A stretch of DNA of 64,000 bases from a virus, in IMG/VR virus record IMGVR_UViG_3300020477_000014, positions 125,713 through 189,712 of that record; one strand, 5' to 3'. This document shows positions 10,401 to 19,519 of the stretch, in pieces. Position 1 is the first letter of the stretch. Each line of letters starts with the position of its first letter. The notes under the pieces were generated by a model, which ran no database searches, was not told the DNA's origin, and saw only the letters and a program-made list of their open reading frames with translations. A program made the translations under genes and the position numbers.

Positions 10401-11466
10401 CCAACGAGAGATGAGGCAATATTTAATTAGTTTTAAAAAAATACGCGTTTTGTTGGGACCGGCTGAATTGTATACAGTTTCGTCGAACGGAGAACAGGTG
10501 CGCACAATTGCGAATTTAGGCGACATGCCTATTTCCACCAAATATTTTTTAGAATGGATGATGGAAAAAATGCTTAAAAAACAAGAAGTGTTCTATCCTT
10601 TGACTAAATTTATAAATGATTTCTTTAATGATTTATTAAATAATTTCCTTAATAATGATTCTTGCTTTGGATTTTCCATTAAGCAACAAACACGCATTAA
10701 TCAGGCTGCTGTCACTGCTTTCAGTCGTAATAATGGCATTGATTCTCTTTCGGCTAAATTGTTTCAGAACAAAAAGCCCTCCCAACAAAAGGTGCGAATC
10801 GATTTGAGTGATGGTGCATTGTGGACCCAAGGTTCCCCATTGTTGGAGCTTTCAGGTCCTGCTGGGAGTGCTAAAACTAAAATTTCTAACCAGCACGAGA
10901 TGAATTATATGATCTTTTTCGCTGGTAGAGTTCAGCCGACAGAACTTATGCAAGGCAAACGATTGAGTTGGAAGGACAAGAGGGGTACACTCCACTTAGG
11001 TGATCAGGTGCGTGGAATCAATCATTATCTTTTAGGAAAAGACCGCGGGATTATTAAAAATATTAAACTTTCCAAAACTCAAGTGCCCGGGCTTGCAGAG
11101 GTTAGGTTCGAGCAAGATGGGTACGATGGGCTCTCTCAATTAAGGGTTATATATAATGTAGAAATTACTACTTATGCTGATGTACACGCGTGGCCTGGCA
11201 CTTATATTTATGTTGATCCCAGAGGCTTTAGTCCTGGTGGGTTGGCGATACCTGACTCTTCACTAGATTTTACAGATTTGGGAATCGGAGGTTATTATAT
11301 GATTATTCGTTCTGAGCACGGCTTTGGCGAAGGATTCGCCCAAACCACAATACACGCTCAATGGGTCAATGCTATAGAGAACGACGCCAAAAACAACCAA
11401 TGTGTAATTCTTAAAGAGGCTTCGGGGGGAGATGGTATGCGTAGGAAGAAAGGGGGGTGTTCTTAA
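7453..11466 (+). CDS. Large baseplate hub protein (gp27/VgrG-like C-terminus) with long N-terminal extension
   Basis: Position after the LysM gene. C-terminal PGTYIYVDP...LGIGGYYMI..SEH..TTIHAQW resembles hub termini. Confidence 0.55.
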   Translation: MTTLGALLAAMGIAEHTQNTAASKIKAACEKDLAASKADCLKKCQTDHTGDFRERCKEICADTYSQQLTKCITEAGDQASGISAARESLVPHLEEAYKTTQECASSLSANQTQLQNTLTQVYASNKEMFGASLQASAESFGGGTSVDPQLVTKGATISNFQSSMGTWPATATVLQDAACASILHRIIASERGSLVLPDFPALTDDEQNFQLSQEFGGGGASLTTFGDTMTNMYPVGWASLFAVILAQCELIVSEKLFIPPGAGGALTSEEENSGAVFAAINSANHAATEGSEGSATIQDVFNTGGSTFFAGNNKDLSPLVLLRHLTAAGKILKSINETSTVYLDDVEPRQHTVGNYLLSSPVTDLLNILGKIKKDSDCIKNAHDKFVKAAEKEQQTIKDNYKGTTWNPLNSPPPNVLDALDQMEQDPEEFLAEGGQELFLRKAIFKEQCWLLAYVDLLAQFKQKHLDPGKSLGTGPQDGVKEGTANKHLPYSSFTINKRKDRNANATLLVDGEPYAFMNRLVCNPLYSSYYHDIPTSELSNIQPKIRLFKVTYDADNSTLAETEINFDSHFSPAAASALSNSIKERKRRGVGVGIKSFTFSYDGGNPFAIKKSIAANLKIFANNIEELFESRGSKSEPWRYVDLALKTGGSTLTQAIDNLDPAEGAALDQECFDHVKENSDRYALNFRLKAQVGLTAPKTGPSGLGTYVDALQESYVTLNLTPTVHSFELDDMGRVVLNINFLAYIDDMFDQPIFNVFANAKYQTAENQQKSVSLARIEREMEIESFKLKCAAGTHEINEKRKEYTHQVGHETAASLSSLIGHLMVRDLVYYVTLGADEMNLFTQDGPTEAFKTLRSELSAQINGKPTPEKDICAEGGDKDSAPELLGIVSNGSQRFSNMDGRVGAAMQEYAQAYGEGETSGAILQALISGGDPNQHTLSFFFVSDLIDVILENIEAELASLPGALETLKSSSHVKASQVSSRQREMRQYLISFKKIRVLLGPAELYTVSSNGEQVRTIANLGDMPISTKYFLEWMMEKMLKKQEVFYPLTKFINDFFNDLLNNFLNNDSCFGFSIKQQTRINQAAVTAFSRNNGIDSLSAKLFQNKKPSQQKVRIDLSDGALWTQGSPLLELSGPAGSAKTKISNQHEMNYMIFFAGRVQPTELMQGKRLSWKDKRGTLHLGDQVRGINHYLLGKDRGIIKNIKLSKTQVPGLAEVRFEQDGYDGLSQLRVIYNVEITTYADVHAWPGTYIYVDPRGFSPGGLAIPDSSLDFTDLGIGGYYMIIRSEHGFGEGFAQTTIHAQWVNAIENDAKNNQCVILKEASGGDGMRRKKGGCS

Positions 11467-11471
11467 TAATT

Positions 11472-12734
11472 ATGTCGACGTATTTTAAAGAAAGCAATAA
11501 TGAAACTACGATAAAGTTATATAATAAAAGTATTATTTATAAAGACCGCGCGATCCGGTCGGAGGATAATAATATAGTTGATTTTAATCGGGGAGAAAAA
11601 ACGTTTTTTGGGCGCATTCGAAGAGATTCAACTCCGGTAATTGTAACGTCTCAGAGGTCTCTCAAAAAGATAAAAAACAGCCCTCCTGGCGAACCCCCCC
11701 AACGAGCTATGAATTTCGTGGTAGATGTATTCCACGAGATGACAACGCAATTTAAAAAATGCGCTGAATTGGGGAAGATCGATGGAGACGAGCCTTTCTT
11801 GGGAAATTTGGTTGCCCACCAATCCTACCAGGACCCACGCCGCCTTTATATAGAATATAAAAATTCTCTTTTTGGTCACATAGCGAGTTATTTCCGGGTT
11901 AATAATGTTTATGTGGAAGATTTTCCTTCTTTTGTGCATAAATTTTTGTCGATGGCTCGCGGAATAACTCAGACCACGCGTATTACTTTTCCTGGCTTCG
12001 TTAAAAGCCGAGATTGTCCTATTTTAGTGAGTGGGTTGGCGATTGAAATCGCCGCAGACCAAGATTGCGCTAATGATGACGAAAAAGTAAAACAATTTAT
12101 TAATAGTAAAAATTGGGATTTTTATGTTAATACTTGCGATACGTATGGTTTTATGATAGACTATAATATACCTTGGAGAATTGTGGCAGATATTGATTCT
12201 GAAATAATGCGAGAATATGCCGGGCTTTATGGATATGTTTCCCCGCAAGATCTATTAGAGAGAGCCTACACAAGCGTGGCAGCTAACTACTCTCACAACA
12301 CGCTGGTTGATGATTTGTTTGTTTTGTATAACCATGTAAGGGTCCCCTATTGGTCTCAAACTATAACATGCCGAGATGGAAGCACGAAACAGATAAGTAA
12401 ATTTTCTAAAACATATACCCGAGAGCAACTATTAACGACAATGACTGAATCCGACTTTTTCCAAATATTCTTACAATTGCGTCTTTATGAAGAGCGCCCC
12501 GATCTTAATGACTCTGAGATCCAACAGTTGGTGAAAGATGTTGGCGGCATGGTAAGTAGCGGCAAGAAAGCATATGGATTGAAAATATTTGAAAGAATTA
12601 TTAATAAAGAATTTGACAAAATTGGTTCTTTCAGTTATATTAGATATTCAGATAAAAAGAAATTGGAGCAGTCTTTCTCTGAGGGAGAGGTGGACGCTAT
12701 AAAGGTAGATGCAGATGATATTTCAAGCTATTGA
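11472..12734 (+). CDS. Hypothetical protein
   Basis: Long ORF coupled to both neighbours; no motif recognised. Confidence 0.7.
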   Translation: MSTYFKESNNETTIKLYNKSIIYKDRAIRSEDNNIVDFNRGEKTFFGRIRRDSTPVIVTSQRSLKKIKNSPPGEPPQRAMNFVVDVFHEMTTQFKKCAELGKIDGDEPFLGNLVAHQSYQDPRRLYIEYKNSLFGHIASYFRVNNVYVEDFPSFVHKFLSMARGITQTTRITFPGFVKSRDCPILVSGLAIEIAADQDCANDDEKVKQFINSKNWDFYVNTCDTYGFMIDYNIPWRIVADIDSEIMREYAGLYGYVSPQDLLERAYTSVAANYSHNTLVDDLFVLYNHVRVPYWSQTITCRDGSTKQISKFSKTYTREQLLTTMTESDFFQIFLQLRLYEERPDLNDSEIQQLVKDVGGMVSSGKKAYGLKIFERIINKEFDKIGSFSYIRYSDKKKLEQSFSEGEVDAIKVDADDISSY

Positions 12735-13887
12735 TGACAAATCCGAATGTGTTGGAGTTTATGTAGATGGCAAATTATATTTTGAAGACTTTCCGTCAGA
12801 TCTTTCGAAGACGTGGAGCTATACTGGTTCACTAAAGGATCACGTTGAATATGCATGGATCCATACTCAAGGTTTGACCTTGATGGAGGCAGCCCCTCAA
12901 GAATTGCAAGTAGATTTATCTGCGGCGTTAAAGAAAATGGAAGCTTATAGGCGTTCGTTTCAGATTGCTAAGGTCAATTTGAATGATCATTGTATTTTTG
13001 ATTTGGTTCCGCATGGTTTTCTTTCTGAATTTTGTGAACTAAAAAATAAGATTACAGCACACGTTTTTGATACGTTTCCTCCCCCTCCTAACTATGATCA
13101 TTTGGTGGGGGTCCATCGGCTGCTTCATAAAATTAGCTATCAAGAATTAAATTTGAATGTAGATGGTTGTCGTCATTTGCTTTACAGCAGTACCGGACGA
13201 TTAAAAATTAATGAACTCATTAAAAATTATCGCCATATTTATTATAATTTATTTGGCACCGTAACAGGCAGGCTAACAACCAATCAACACTCTTTTCCTA
13301 TTTTGACTTTGCGTAAGGATCTGAGAGCGATTTTAAAACCGCACAATGATCTGTTTGTAAGCATGGATTATAACGGTGCGGAAATTAGAACCTTTCTCGA
13401 TTTATGCGGCAGCGAACAGCCGACGGTGGATATTCATACCTGGAATATAGAAAATATTTTTGAGAACAAAGATATGACGCGAGATGAGGCTAAAACACTG
13501 TTTTTCGCATGGTTGTATAATCCTGAATCTGATCAGATCGATGACGAAATATATAATCGTAAAAAACTTCTTGACACCTGTTATCAAAACGGTTATATTA
13601 CTACTAAATACGGAAGGCATATAAAAGTGGAAGAGCGAAAAGCATTGAATTATCTCATACAAAGTACCACCGCAGATAGAGTGTTGGCTAAGGCAGTAAT
13701 GATGGACAAGTTGTTGGAAGGTCGCAGTTCTTTTGTCTCTCATATTATTCATGATGAGGTGGTAATAGACTATGATGATAGCGATAGGGACATAATGGAA
13801 AATTTAAAAAATCTTTTCGAAGATGGATATTTGGCCAACATTAATGCCGGCAAGGATTATTACAATTTAAACAAGTTGGATATATGA
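12709..13887 (+). CDS. polA: Compact family A DNA polymerase (PolA polymerase domain)
   Basis: GTVTGRL, motif A SMDYNGAEIR, motif B RDEAKTLFFAWLY, ALNYLIQST.AD, motif C IHDEV. Confidence 0.85.
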   Translation: MQMIFQAIDDKSECVGVYVDGKLYFEDFPSDLSKTWSYTGSLKDHVEYAWIHTQGLTLMEAAPQELQVDLSAALKKMEAYRRSFQIAKVNLNDHCIFDLVPHGFLSEFCELKNKITAHVFDTFPPPPNYDHLVGVHRLLHKISYQELNLNVDGCRHLLYSSTGRLKINELIKNYRHIYYNLFGTVTGRLTTNQHSFPILTLRKDLRAILKPHNDLFVSMDYNGAEIRTFLDLCGSEQPTVDIHTWNIENIFENKDMTRDEAKTLFFAWLYNPESDQIDDEIYNRKKLLDTCYQNGYITTKYGRHIKVEERKALNYLIQSTTADRVLAKAVMMDKLLEGRSSFVSHIIHDEVVIDYDDSDRDIMENLKNLFEDGYLANINAGKDYYNLNKLDI

Positions 13888-14723
13888 TTTCAGTTATAGG
13901 GCTAGGCAATGCGGCTTCTCGAGTTGCTGAACAGTTTAGTACAACCGCCAATTACAACGTGTATTTATTAAATTCCAAAATATCTCGTAATTCCAAGCGG
14001 AAATTCAAACTGAAAGCGTTTGAAAATCCTGAATCATATGAAGAGAACATTCCAGACGTTGGGACGTTTTTTAAGGACCTTGACGATCATGTTCAACTAT
14101 TTATAGTGGGCTCTTCTTATAGTTCTAATTATGCTCTAGGGATTTTAGAACAGATCAAACAAAAGAAGGTTGAACTGTTTTATGTTCAGCCAGATACAGA
14201 ACTGTTGACCGGGATCCCGAAAATGTTGGATAAACTAGTATTCAGTATTCTTCAAGAATATGCGCGCAGTGGCTTGTTGCATTCGTTTACGGCGCTTTCC
14301 CATCTCAATGTGGAAAGAGCTATTGGGGATATACCAATTAAAAAATATTATGATACTATAAACTCAGCCATTTTTTCGGCGGTTCATTACTGTAATTATT
14401 TCAATCATGCCGAACCAGAGATAGGATCCGTTTCAAAACCTTTAGACATTAATCGCATTCGTAGTATTGCTATGCTTAATCCAAAAAATCTTCAAGAAAA
14501 ATGGCTTTTTGATCTTGACAACGAGCGAGATATATGTTATTATATATGTATCAATCAAGATAAACTTGAAACCGATGGGAGTTTGCATCGAAGAATAGTA
14601 GAGAAATTAAAAAACAAACCAAGAAATGCATTTAGAAAAATTTCTTATGCAATTTATGAAACACCACATGATGACTTTGGGTTCTGCGTTGCCCATACTA
14701 ACGCAATACAAAATTACACTTGA
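13884..14723 (+). CDS. Divergent FtsZ/tubulin-like protein
   Basis: N-terminal ISVIGLGNAA Rossmann start; the GGGTG signature is not conserved (GSSYSSN). Confidence 0.6.
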   Translation: MISVIGLGNAASRVAEQFSTTANYNVYLLNSKISRNSKRKFKLKAFENPESYEENIPDVGTFFKDLDDHVQLFIVGSSYSSNYALGILEQIKQKKVELFYVQPDTELLTGIPKMLDKLVFSILQEYARSGLLHSFTALSHLNVERAIGDIPIKKYYDTINSAIFSAVHYCNYFNHAEPEIGSVSKPLDINRIRSIAMLNPKNLQEKWLFDLDNERDICYYICINQDKLETDGSLHRRIVEKLKNKPRNAFRKISYAIYETPHDDFGFCVAHTNAIQNYT

Positions 14724-14748
14724 CAAGCTACGTTGAGTGTGTTATATT
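14720..14748 (+). promoter_or_regulatory. Sigma70-type promoter
   Basis: TTGACA-17-TATATT with extended TG. Confidence 0.8.
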
Positions 14749-14800
14749 AAAGATACTGAGGGAAGCTTAGTATACTATATTCTTAAACAGGAGAAACAAA

Positions 14801-15571
14801 ATGGGAATTAATATGGAACTTATGCGCAAGAAACTTGCTGCCTTGCGTGGAAACGGCGGAGACGCCAAATCTTCAATCTGGTTTAAGCCAGATGAGGGTG
14901 ACACAGATATTCGGATCGTTCCAATGAAAGATGGCGATCCGCTTAAAGAAATGCATTTTCACTATAATGTAGGAAACCATAACGGAGCAGTGCCATGCCC
15001 AAAGCGGAATTATGGCGAAGCATGTCCTATTTGTGAGTTTGCTTCACAATTGTGGAAAGAGGGCGTGAACAACAACGACGAAGAAAGCAAAAAATTAGCA
15101 AAGTCTCTTTTTGTTCGTCAGCGTTATTTTTCGCCCGTTGTGGTTCGGAATCGAGAAGACGAAGGCATTAAGGTATACGGGTATGGTAAGAAAGCCTACG
15201 AACTTTTGCTTGGTTACATTCTTGATCCTGAATATGGAGATATCACAGATGTTAATGAGGGTACTGATATCACCCTTACTTACACCAAACCAAACAAACC
15301 GGGGGCATACCCCCAGACGAGCCTAAAAATGCGTCGAAACACTTCATCTTTGTTGGCGGATACAGAAGCTATCCCCTCCCTCCTTGATGGTCTTCCGGAA
15401 TTTGACTCCCTATTTGAAAGGTTGAGTACCGCCCAAGTGGAGGCGATTTTAGACGAGCAACTCGCCGGCGATTCTACTGCCGAGAGCCGCTCTTCCCAGA
15501 CAACGCGATACAAAAAAGAAGAAGGATCCAGCAGTGTGGACCGCGCCTTCAATGAGTTAATGTCAGGGTAA
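14801..15571 (+). CDS. Single-stranded DNA-binding protein (T4 gp32-like)
   Basis: WFKP..G...IRIVP, zinc ligands H..C...CPIC, YGYGKK, ILDPEYGDITD, acidic tail. Confidence 0.85.
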   Translation: MGINMELMRKKLAALRGNGGDAKSSIWFKPDEGDTDIRIVPMKDGDPLKEMHFHYNVGNHNGAVPCPKRNYGEACPICEFASQLWKEGVNNNDEESKKLAKSLFVRQRYFSPVVVRNREDEGIKVYGYGKKAYELLLGYILDPEYGDITDVNEGTDITLTYTKPNKPGAYPQTSLKMRRNTSSLLADTEAIPSLLDGLPEFDSLFERLSTAQVEAILDEQLAGDSTAESRSSQTTRYKKEEGSSSVDRAFNELMSG

Positions 15572-15591
15572 TTTTTAGGCTACCACCGATC

Positions 15592-15624
15592 GCAGACCGG
15601 GATAGTAAATAGTCTGCCTTTTTT
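15592..15624 (+). terminator. Rho-independent terminator
   Basis: GCAGAC...GTCTGC stem, then CTTTTTT. Confidence 0.65.
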
Positions 15625-15641
15625 CTTGAAAGGAGATTTTA

Positions 15642-16475
15642 ATGTTAAATATGTTGAGCCTGTGTTTAGTGTTGGGGTGCGCCGACACCCCTATTGATTC
15701 TAACGCAGATCTGATTAATGAGAGGCCGGATAATTATGACTCTAACCCCGAGTCATTACCTCACGACGATTCGGCAGGGTATAAGCCGGACATGGTTCTA
15801 TTTCATAATGTATCGGTTCTTACGGAAGGAAATAAGATTTCATGTTTCGATGATGGAGACGATACCCCTTACTGTGGGGTTCAAAAGATTATTTTGACAG
15901 TATGGGAAGATTACAATGGATTGAGTGATGAAAACAATTGTCAAGTGATTCATAGGTTGTCGCCAGAATATCTGGTGGAAATAGAAAGCGAAAGTGCCGA
16001 TTTGTTTGTACAATACGGAGCCAAACAAGCCTGGGAGTTTGATGCTGTCCAATCATTCGTTTTGACGACACCATTGTGTGATATGATTCCCGAAGAAAGC
16101 GATCTGTCGCTCGTTCTCGATCATTTTAAAACTGAGAATGTGGCATTTGGATATAAACCACTTTCAGAGGCTATGCTAGCCGAGTATAAAGAAAGCTTTG
16201 GATCAAATTATACAGAAGAAGAGTGGACACAAAATGTAGAGCCTTACTTGTTGGGTATGACTAATCGTGTTGCTGGGCAATATCGCACACCCAATGTGGG
16301 AGCTATCTATAAGATTGAAGAGGAAACAAACGAATTAGTCGTTGACGATGACGGCAACAACACATTGGTCCCTTTTGTGGGTTCCGAGGTTCTGCCCGAT
16401 GGTTATTACAGAGCGCCGCCTTATTATGTCTATGATATAACAAAATTTGTGCCGGATTCTGAAACGAGCGACTAA
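15642..16475 (+). CDS. Acidic putative lipoprotein
   Basis: Hydrophobic N-terminus with lipobox LVLGC; D/E-rich body. Confidence 0.6.
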   Translation: MLNMLSLCLVLGCADTPIDSNADLINERPDNYDSNPESLPHDDSAGYKPDMVLFHNVSVLTEGNKISCFDDGDDTPYCGVQKIILTVWEDYNGLSDENNCQVIHRLSPEYLVEIESESADLFVQYGAKQAWEFDAVQSFVLTTPLCDMIPEESDLSLVLDHFKTENVAFGYKPLSEAMLAEYKESFGSNYTEEEWTQNVEPYLLGMTNRVAGQYRTPNVGAIYKIEEETNELVVDDDGNNTLVPFVGSEVLPDGYYRAPPYYVYDITKFVPDSETSD

Positions 16476-16482
16476 TATTTTA

Positions 16483-16531
16483 CACCGTGCACAACGGTGA
16501 CCGCAGGGAGGCATGGGTTTATAGATGTCTC
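16483..16531 (+). other. Two consecutive intergenic hairpins
   Basis: CACCGT/ACGGTG (16483-16499) and GAGGCAT/ATGTCTC (16508-16531). Confidence 0.5.
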
Positions 16532-16602
16532 GTTTACTTTCATGCAACATCTTTGCTAATAGACTTGTGAAGACTATGCACATTTAAAACAGGAGAAAAC
16601 AA

Positions 16603-17865
16603 ATGGAAAAAAGAAAGATAACATGTGACCCGCAAAATATAGCCGTGCGGGACGTCGTAAGAGATTATGACGCAAAACGAATGGCAATCGTTAAAGACTT
16701 TCAACGTCGACTAGTATGGAAAAAGAAGACTATCGATCAATATATTGAATCAGTTAGCGAAGGTACGGCTGTGTCTGGCATTATTGTTGCTGATATTGAA
16801 AGCGGCACTGCTGCCTCTAAAACAATTGGAGATTTGCGTGGAATAAAGCGTTATGAAAAATTTTATAATGAAGGAAAGAGAACTATTAATGAAGACGGTC
16901 AAAATCGTTTGCGAAAAGGCTTGATTCAGTTTGTGAACAACGATATTACCTTTACTGGTACTTTGTACGATCTCGAATATAAGCCTCGTGAGTTTGTCAA
17001 TATAAAGTTTGAAAAACTTCCAAAAGAATTCCAACATGCTTTTTTGTCTAGTACTGTTTTGGTAGTTACTATCAAAAACGCACCATTCCGAAAGCTGCCG
17101 GCAATTTTCCGGAAGTTGAATGCTGGAAACGCTCTCAATAGAACCGAAATACGACAGTCTTTTCAGACGGAAATTGCAAATTGGATGCGGAAACATTGTG
17201 AAGGACAATTTGTAGAGATGTGGCCACGTTTTACGGGATGCTCGCGGGATAAGATTTTGCGCATGAGAGATATTGAATGGATGACTCAGGCATTTTTGAC
17301 CTGCAATTCTTATACCAAGAATAGAAATTTTGGTAATGATGATATGGATTGGTTTTTTAAAATTGGAGAAGAAAAGCCGATGTCTAAGGTGCAAGAGTAT
17401 GATATCGCAGAGCGTCAGCGTTTTATAACTATCCTTGAGACAGTACATAGCACTGTTCAACAACAACAAGCGGTGCCAGCATCGAAGACGATCCCCCAAC
17501 GTACGTTTTGGGCATTGTTGATGGTGGCTGAATATTTTTATGATAGTAATGGGAAATACAAAATTCATAGCTATGATCAGTTCTATAGAGATGTGTATGG
17601 TATTGATTCCCGCTTGGTAACTGACTCTAAGATTTTGCAATCACAAGATATTAAGAGCGCGCGCGCCAATCATCCGCACTTGAGTGACGACGAGATAACC
17701 AAAGAGTTGGCACCCGATAATAACTATTATTGGAGACAGACTAATCGGACTCAGAGTGGACATTTTCGTGCGCTTCGTCGAGATACTTTAATTGCAGAAG
17801 TAAACCAGAGCATTAAAGCGGGTATCTTTACTTCTATTTCTGCTCCCGAAGAGGCGGCTGCGTAA
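16603..17865 (+). CDS. DUF262 (GmrS/ParB-like superfamily) domain protein
   Basis: DFQRRLVW, EDGQNR (DGQQR-like), IFRKLNAGNALN. Confidence 0.8.
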   Translation: MEKRKITCDPQNIAVRDVVRDYDAKRMAIVKDFQRRLVWKKKTIDQYIESVSEGTAVSGIIVADIESGTAASKTIGDLRGIKRYEKFYNEGKRTINEDGQNRLRKGLIQFVNNDITFTGTLYDLEYKPREFVNIKFEKLPKEFQHAFLSSTVLVVTIKNAPFRKLPAIFRKLNAGNALNRTEIRQSFQTEIANWMRKHCEGQFVEMWPRFTGCSRDKILRMRDIEWMTQAFLTCNSYTKNRNFGNDDMDWFFKIGEEKPMSKVQEYDIAERQRFITILETVHSTVQQQQAVPASKTIPQRTFWALLMVAEYFYDSNGKYKIHSYDQFYRDVYGIDSRLVTDSKILQSQDIKSARANHPHLSDDEITKELAPDNNYYWRQTNRTQSGHFRALRRDTLIAEVNQSIKAGIFTSISAPEEAAA

Positions 17866-17868
17866 GAA

Positions 17869-18777
17869 ATGAAAACTCCACTACGTTATCCCGGCGGTAA
17901 ATCCCGTGCCGTGAAGACACTAATGGAATTCATACCCGATGACTGTGGGGAGCTTTGCTCCCCCTTTCTTGGGGGTGGTTCTTTTGAGTTGGCGTTAGCA
18001 GAAAAAGGAATTAAAGTTTATGGCTCGGACATTTTCTTGCCATTGGTGTGGTTTTGGCAAGCACTATTAGCAGATCCCCACAAGCTGGCAGATGAATGCG
18101 CCAAGTTTTATACGGGCCCGCATCAATATGAGTATAAAAAGGTGGAGAAGCTCGTCGATTCAGAAACAGGCGAACCACTAACCGACCCGAAAACCGGGAA
18201 GCAGAGAACACGAACCTATCGCGAAAAATTGGAAGCCAAGGGGCTCCTTAAGAATGATTTTCATATTCTACGTCAGGAATTAAGAGCAGCAGTAGACAAT
18301 GGCGATCGCCTTTCTTTTGAAAATGCTGCGCGCTTTTATGCTATAAATCGTAGTAGTTTTTCAGGAGCTACCTTCAGCGGGGGTTGGTCAATGCGCGCCT
18401 CTCATGCGCGTTTTACGCAATCTTCTATTGATAGAGTGAGGAACTTTCGTGAGCCGAACATATCAGTAGCATGCATGGATTTTTCCAAATCTATCCCTCT
18501 GCATTCACATGCGTTTTTATATTTGGATCCTCCTTATATGCTGGGAGACTTAAAAGATAAATTATATGGAGACAAGGGCTCCACACATAAAGGATTCGAT
18601 CATATAGGTTTATATAATTTGTTGACACAACGAGACAGGTGGGTTATGTCTTATAATGACTCTCCGGTCATCCGAGAGCTTTATAAAGACTATAAAATAG
18701 TAAAAGCTGCGTGGACATATGGAATGAACAAAACCAAAAAATCTTCAGAAATTATAATTGTAGGAGATAAAAAATGA
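17869..18777 (+). CDS. dam: DNA adenine methyltransferase (Dam/D12 class)
   Basis: TPLRYPGGKS, SPFLGGGS, YLDPPY, WVMSYND. Confidence 0.92.
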   Translation: MKTPLRYPGGKSRAVKTLMEFIPDDCGELCSPFLGGGSFELALAEKGIKVYGSDIFLPLVWFWQALLADPHKLADECAKFYTGPHQYEYKKVEKLVDSETGEPLTDPKTGKQRTRTYREKLEAKGLLKNDFHILRQELRAAVDNGDRLSFENAARFYAINRSSFSGATFSGGWSMRASHARFTQSSIDRVRNFREPNISVACMDFSKSIPLHSHAFLYLDPPYMLGDLKDKLYGDKGSTHKGFDHIGLYNLLTQRDRWVMSYNDSPVIRELYKDYKIVKAAWTYGMNKTKKSSEIIIVGDKK

Positions 18778-19508
18778 AACATAATGGCATAAAGTTTGAA
18801 AAACAAATAGTAAACTGTTATCGTATGCGGGATTTTAATAATCCCCATTACATGCCGGGTGTCATAGCAGCCACGCGTCATTTGATTAAAGCGTTCCCTC
18901 AAGGAAAAATTGTCCATCGCAGTGAGATCTCTTTGCGAGGAAGAGGACTTGGAGAGATCAAGGCAGACCTCTGGATAGAGGGCTTTGGCGTATCGGTTAA
19001 AATGAAAGACGCTGTACAGCTTTCTTCGGCTGAAGGGAAAGGTACTGCTAAAATTTTAGAGAAAGTTTATCAAGTTATCGAACCTTCTCTCGACGTAGGT
19101 CAAAAAGGACAGATTCAGGATATGATTCGCGACATTCGCACAATGCCTACGGTGATGGTAAGTGTCAAAAACCGCTCCAAAGCCAAGCAAAGAAAACCAA
19201 AAAAGTTTGCAGTGGCATCGGATTACGACACTTGGATGAAGCACGTGCGCCCGGCGCTCAATGAGAGCTTGAGGAATTGTTGGGATATCTCAGAGTTTCA
19301 CATAGCTACTATAGAGGAAATGTTAACTGGTCGCTTGTTGTTTTCAGATGGCGAGGGGGTTGCTGATTATATTTTGACCCCAAAATATTTTAAGTATATT
19401 GACAGGGCATATACGCGCATGATCGCGGATGCTAGCAGCGTCGATGTAAGGGGTAAATCTCGAGGCGGAATCTCGTCCGGGGTGGTTAGGTTTGATACAA
19501 AAATTTAA
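18774..19508 (+). CDS. Putative PD-(D/E)xK restriction-type endonuclease
   Basis: ATGA-coupled to the MTase; early FEK, then KADL...SVK catalytic-like pattern. Confidence 0.5.
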   Translation: MKHNGIKFEKQIVNCYRMRDFNNPHYMPGVIAATRHLIKAFPQGKIVHRSEISLRGRGLGEIKADLWIEGFGVSVKMKDAVQLSSAEGKGTAKILEKVYQVIEPSLDVGQKGQIQDMIRDIRTMPTVMVSVKNRSKAKQRKPKKFAVASDYDTWMKHVRPALNESLRNCWDISEFHIATIEEMLTGRLLFSDGEGVADYILTPKYFKYIDRAYTRMIADASSVDVRGKSRGGISSGVVRFDTKI

Positions 19509-19519
19509 AGGAGGCAAAG

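Noticed and set aside
1-12734. Bacterial contractile injection system (eCIS/T6SS/tailocin) rather than phage
   Set aside because: The tail genes are contiguous with phage-type replication genes, tRNAs and dense early small-ORF regions. There are no host housekeeping operons.
16750-17640. 296-aa antisense ORF inside the DUF262 gene
   Set aside because: It is fully nested opposite a gene with clear motifs, and has no recognisable motif, RBS or promoter. Most likely a codon-bias shadow ORF.
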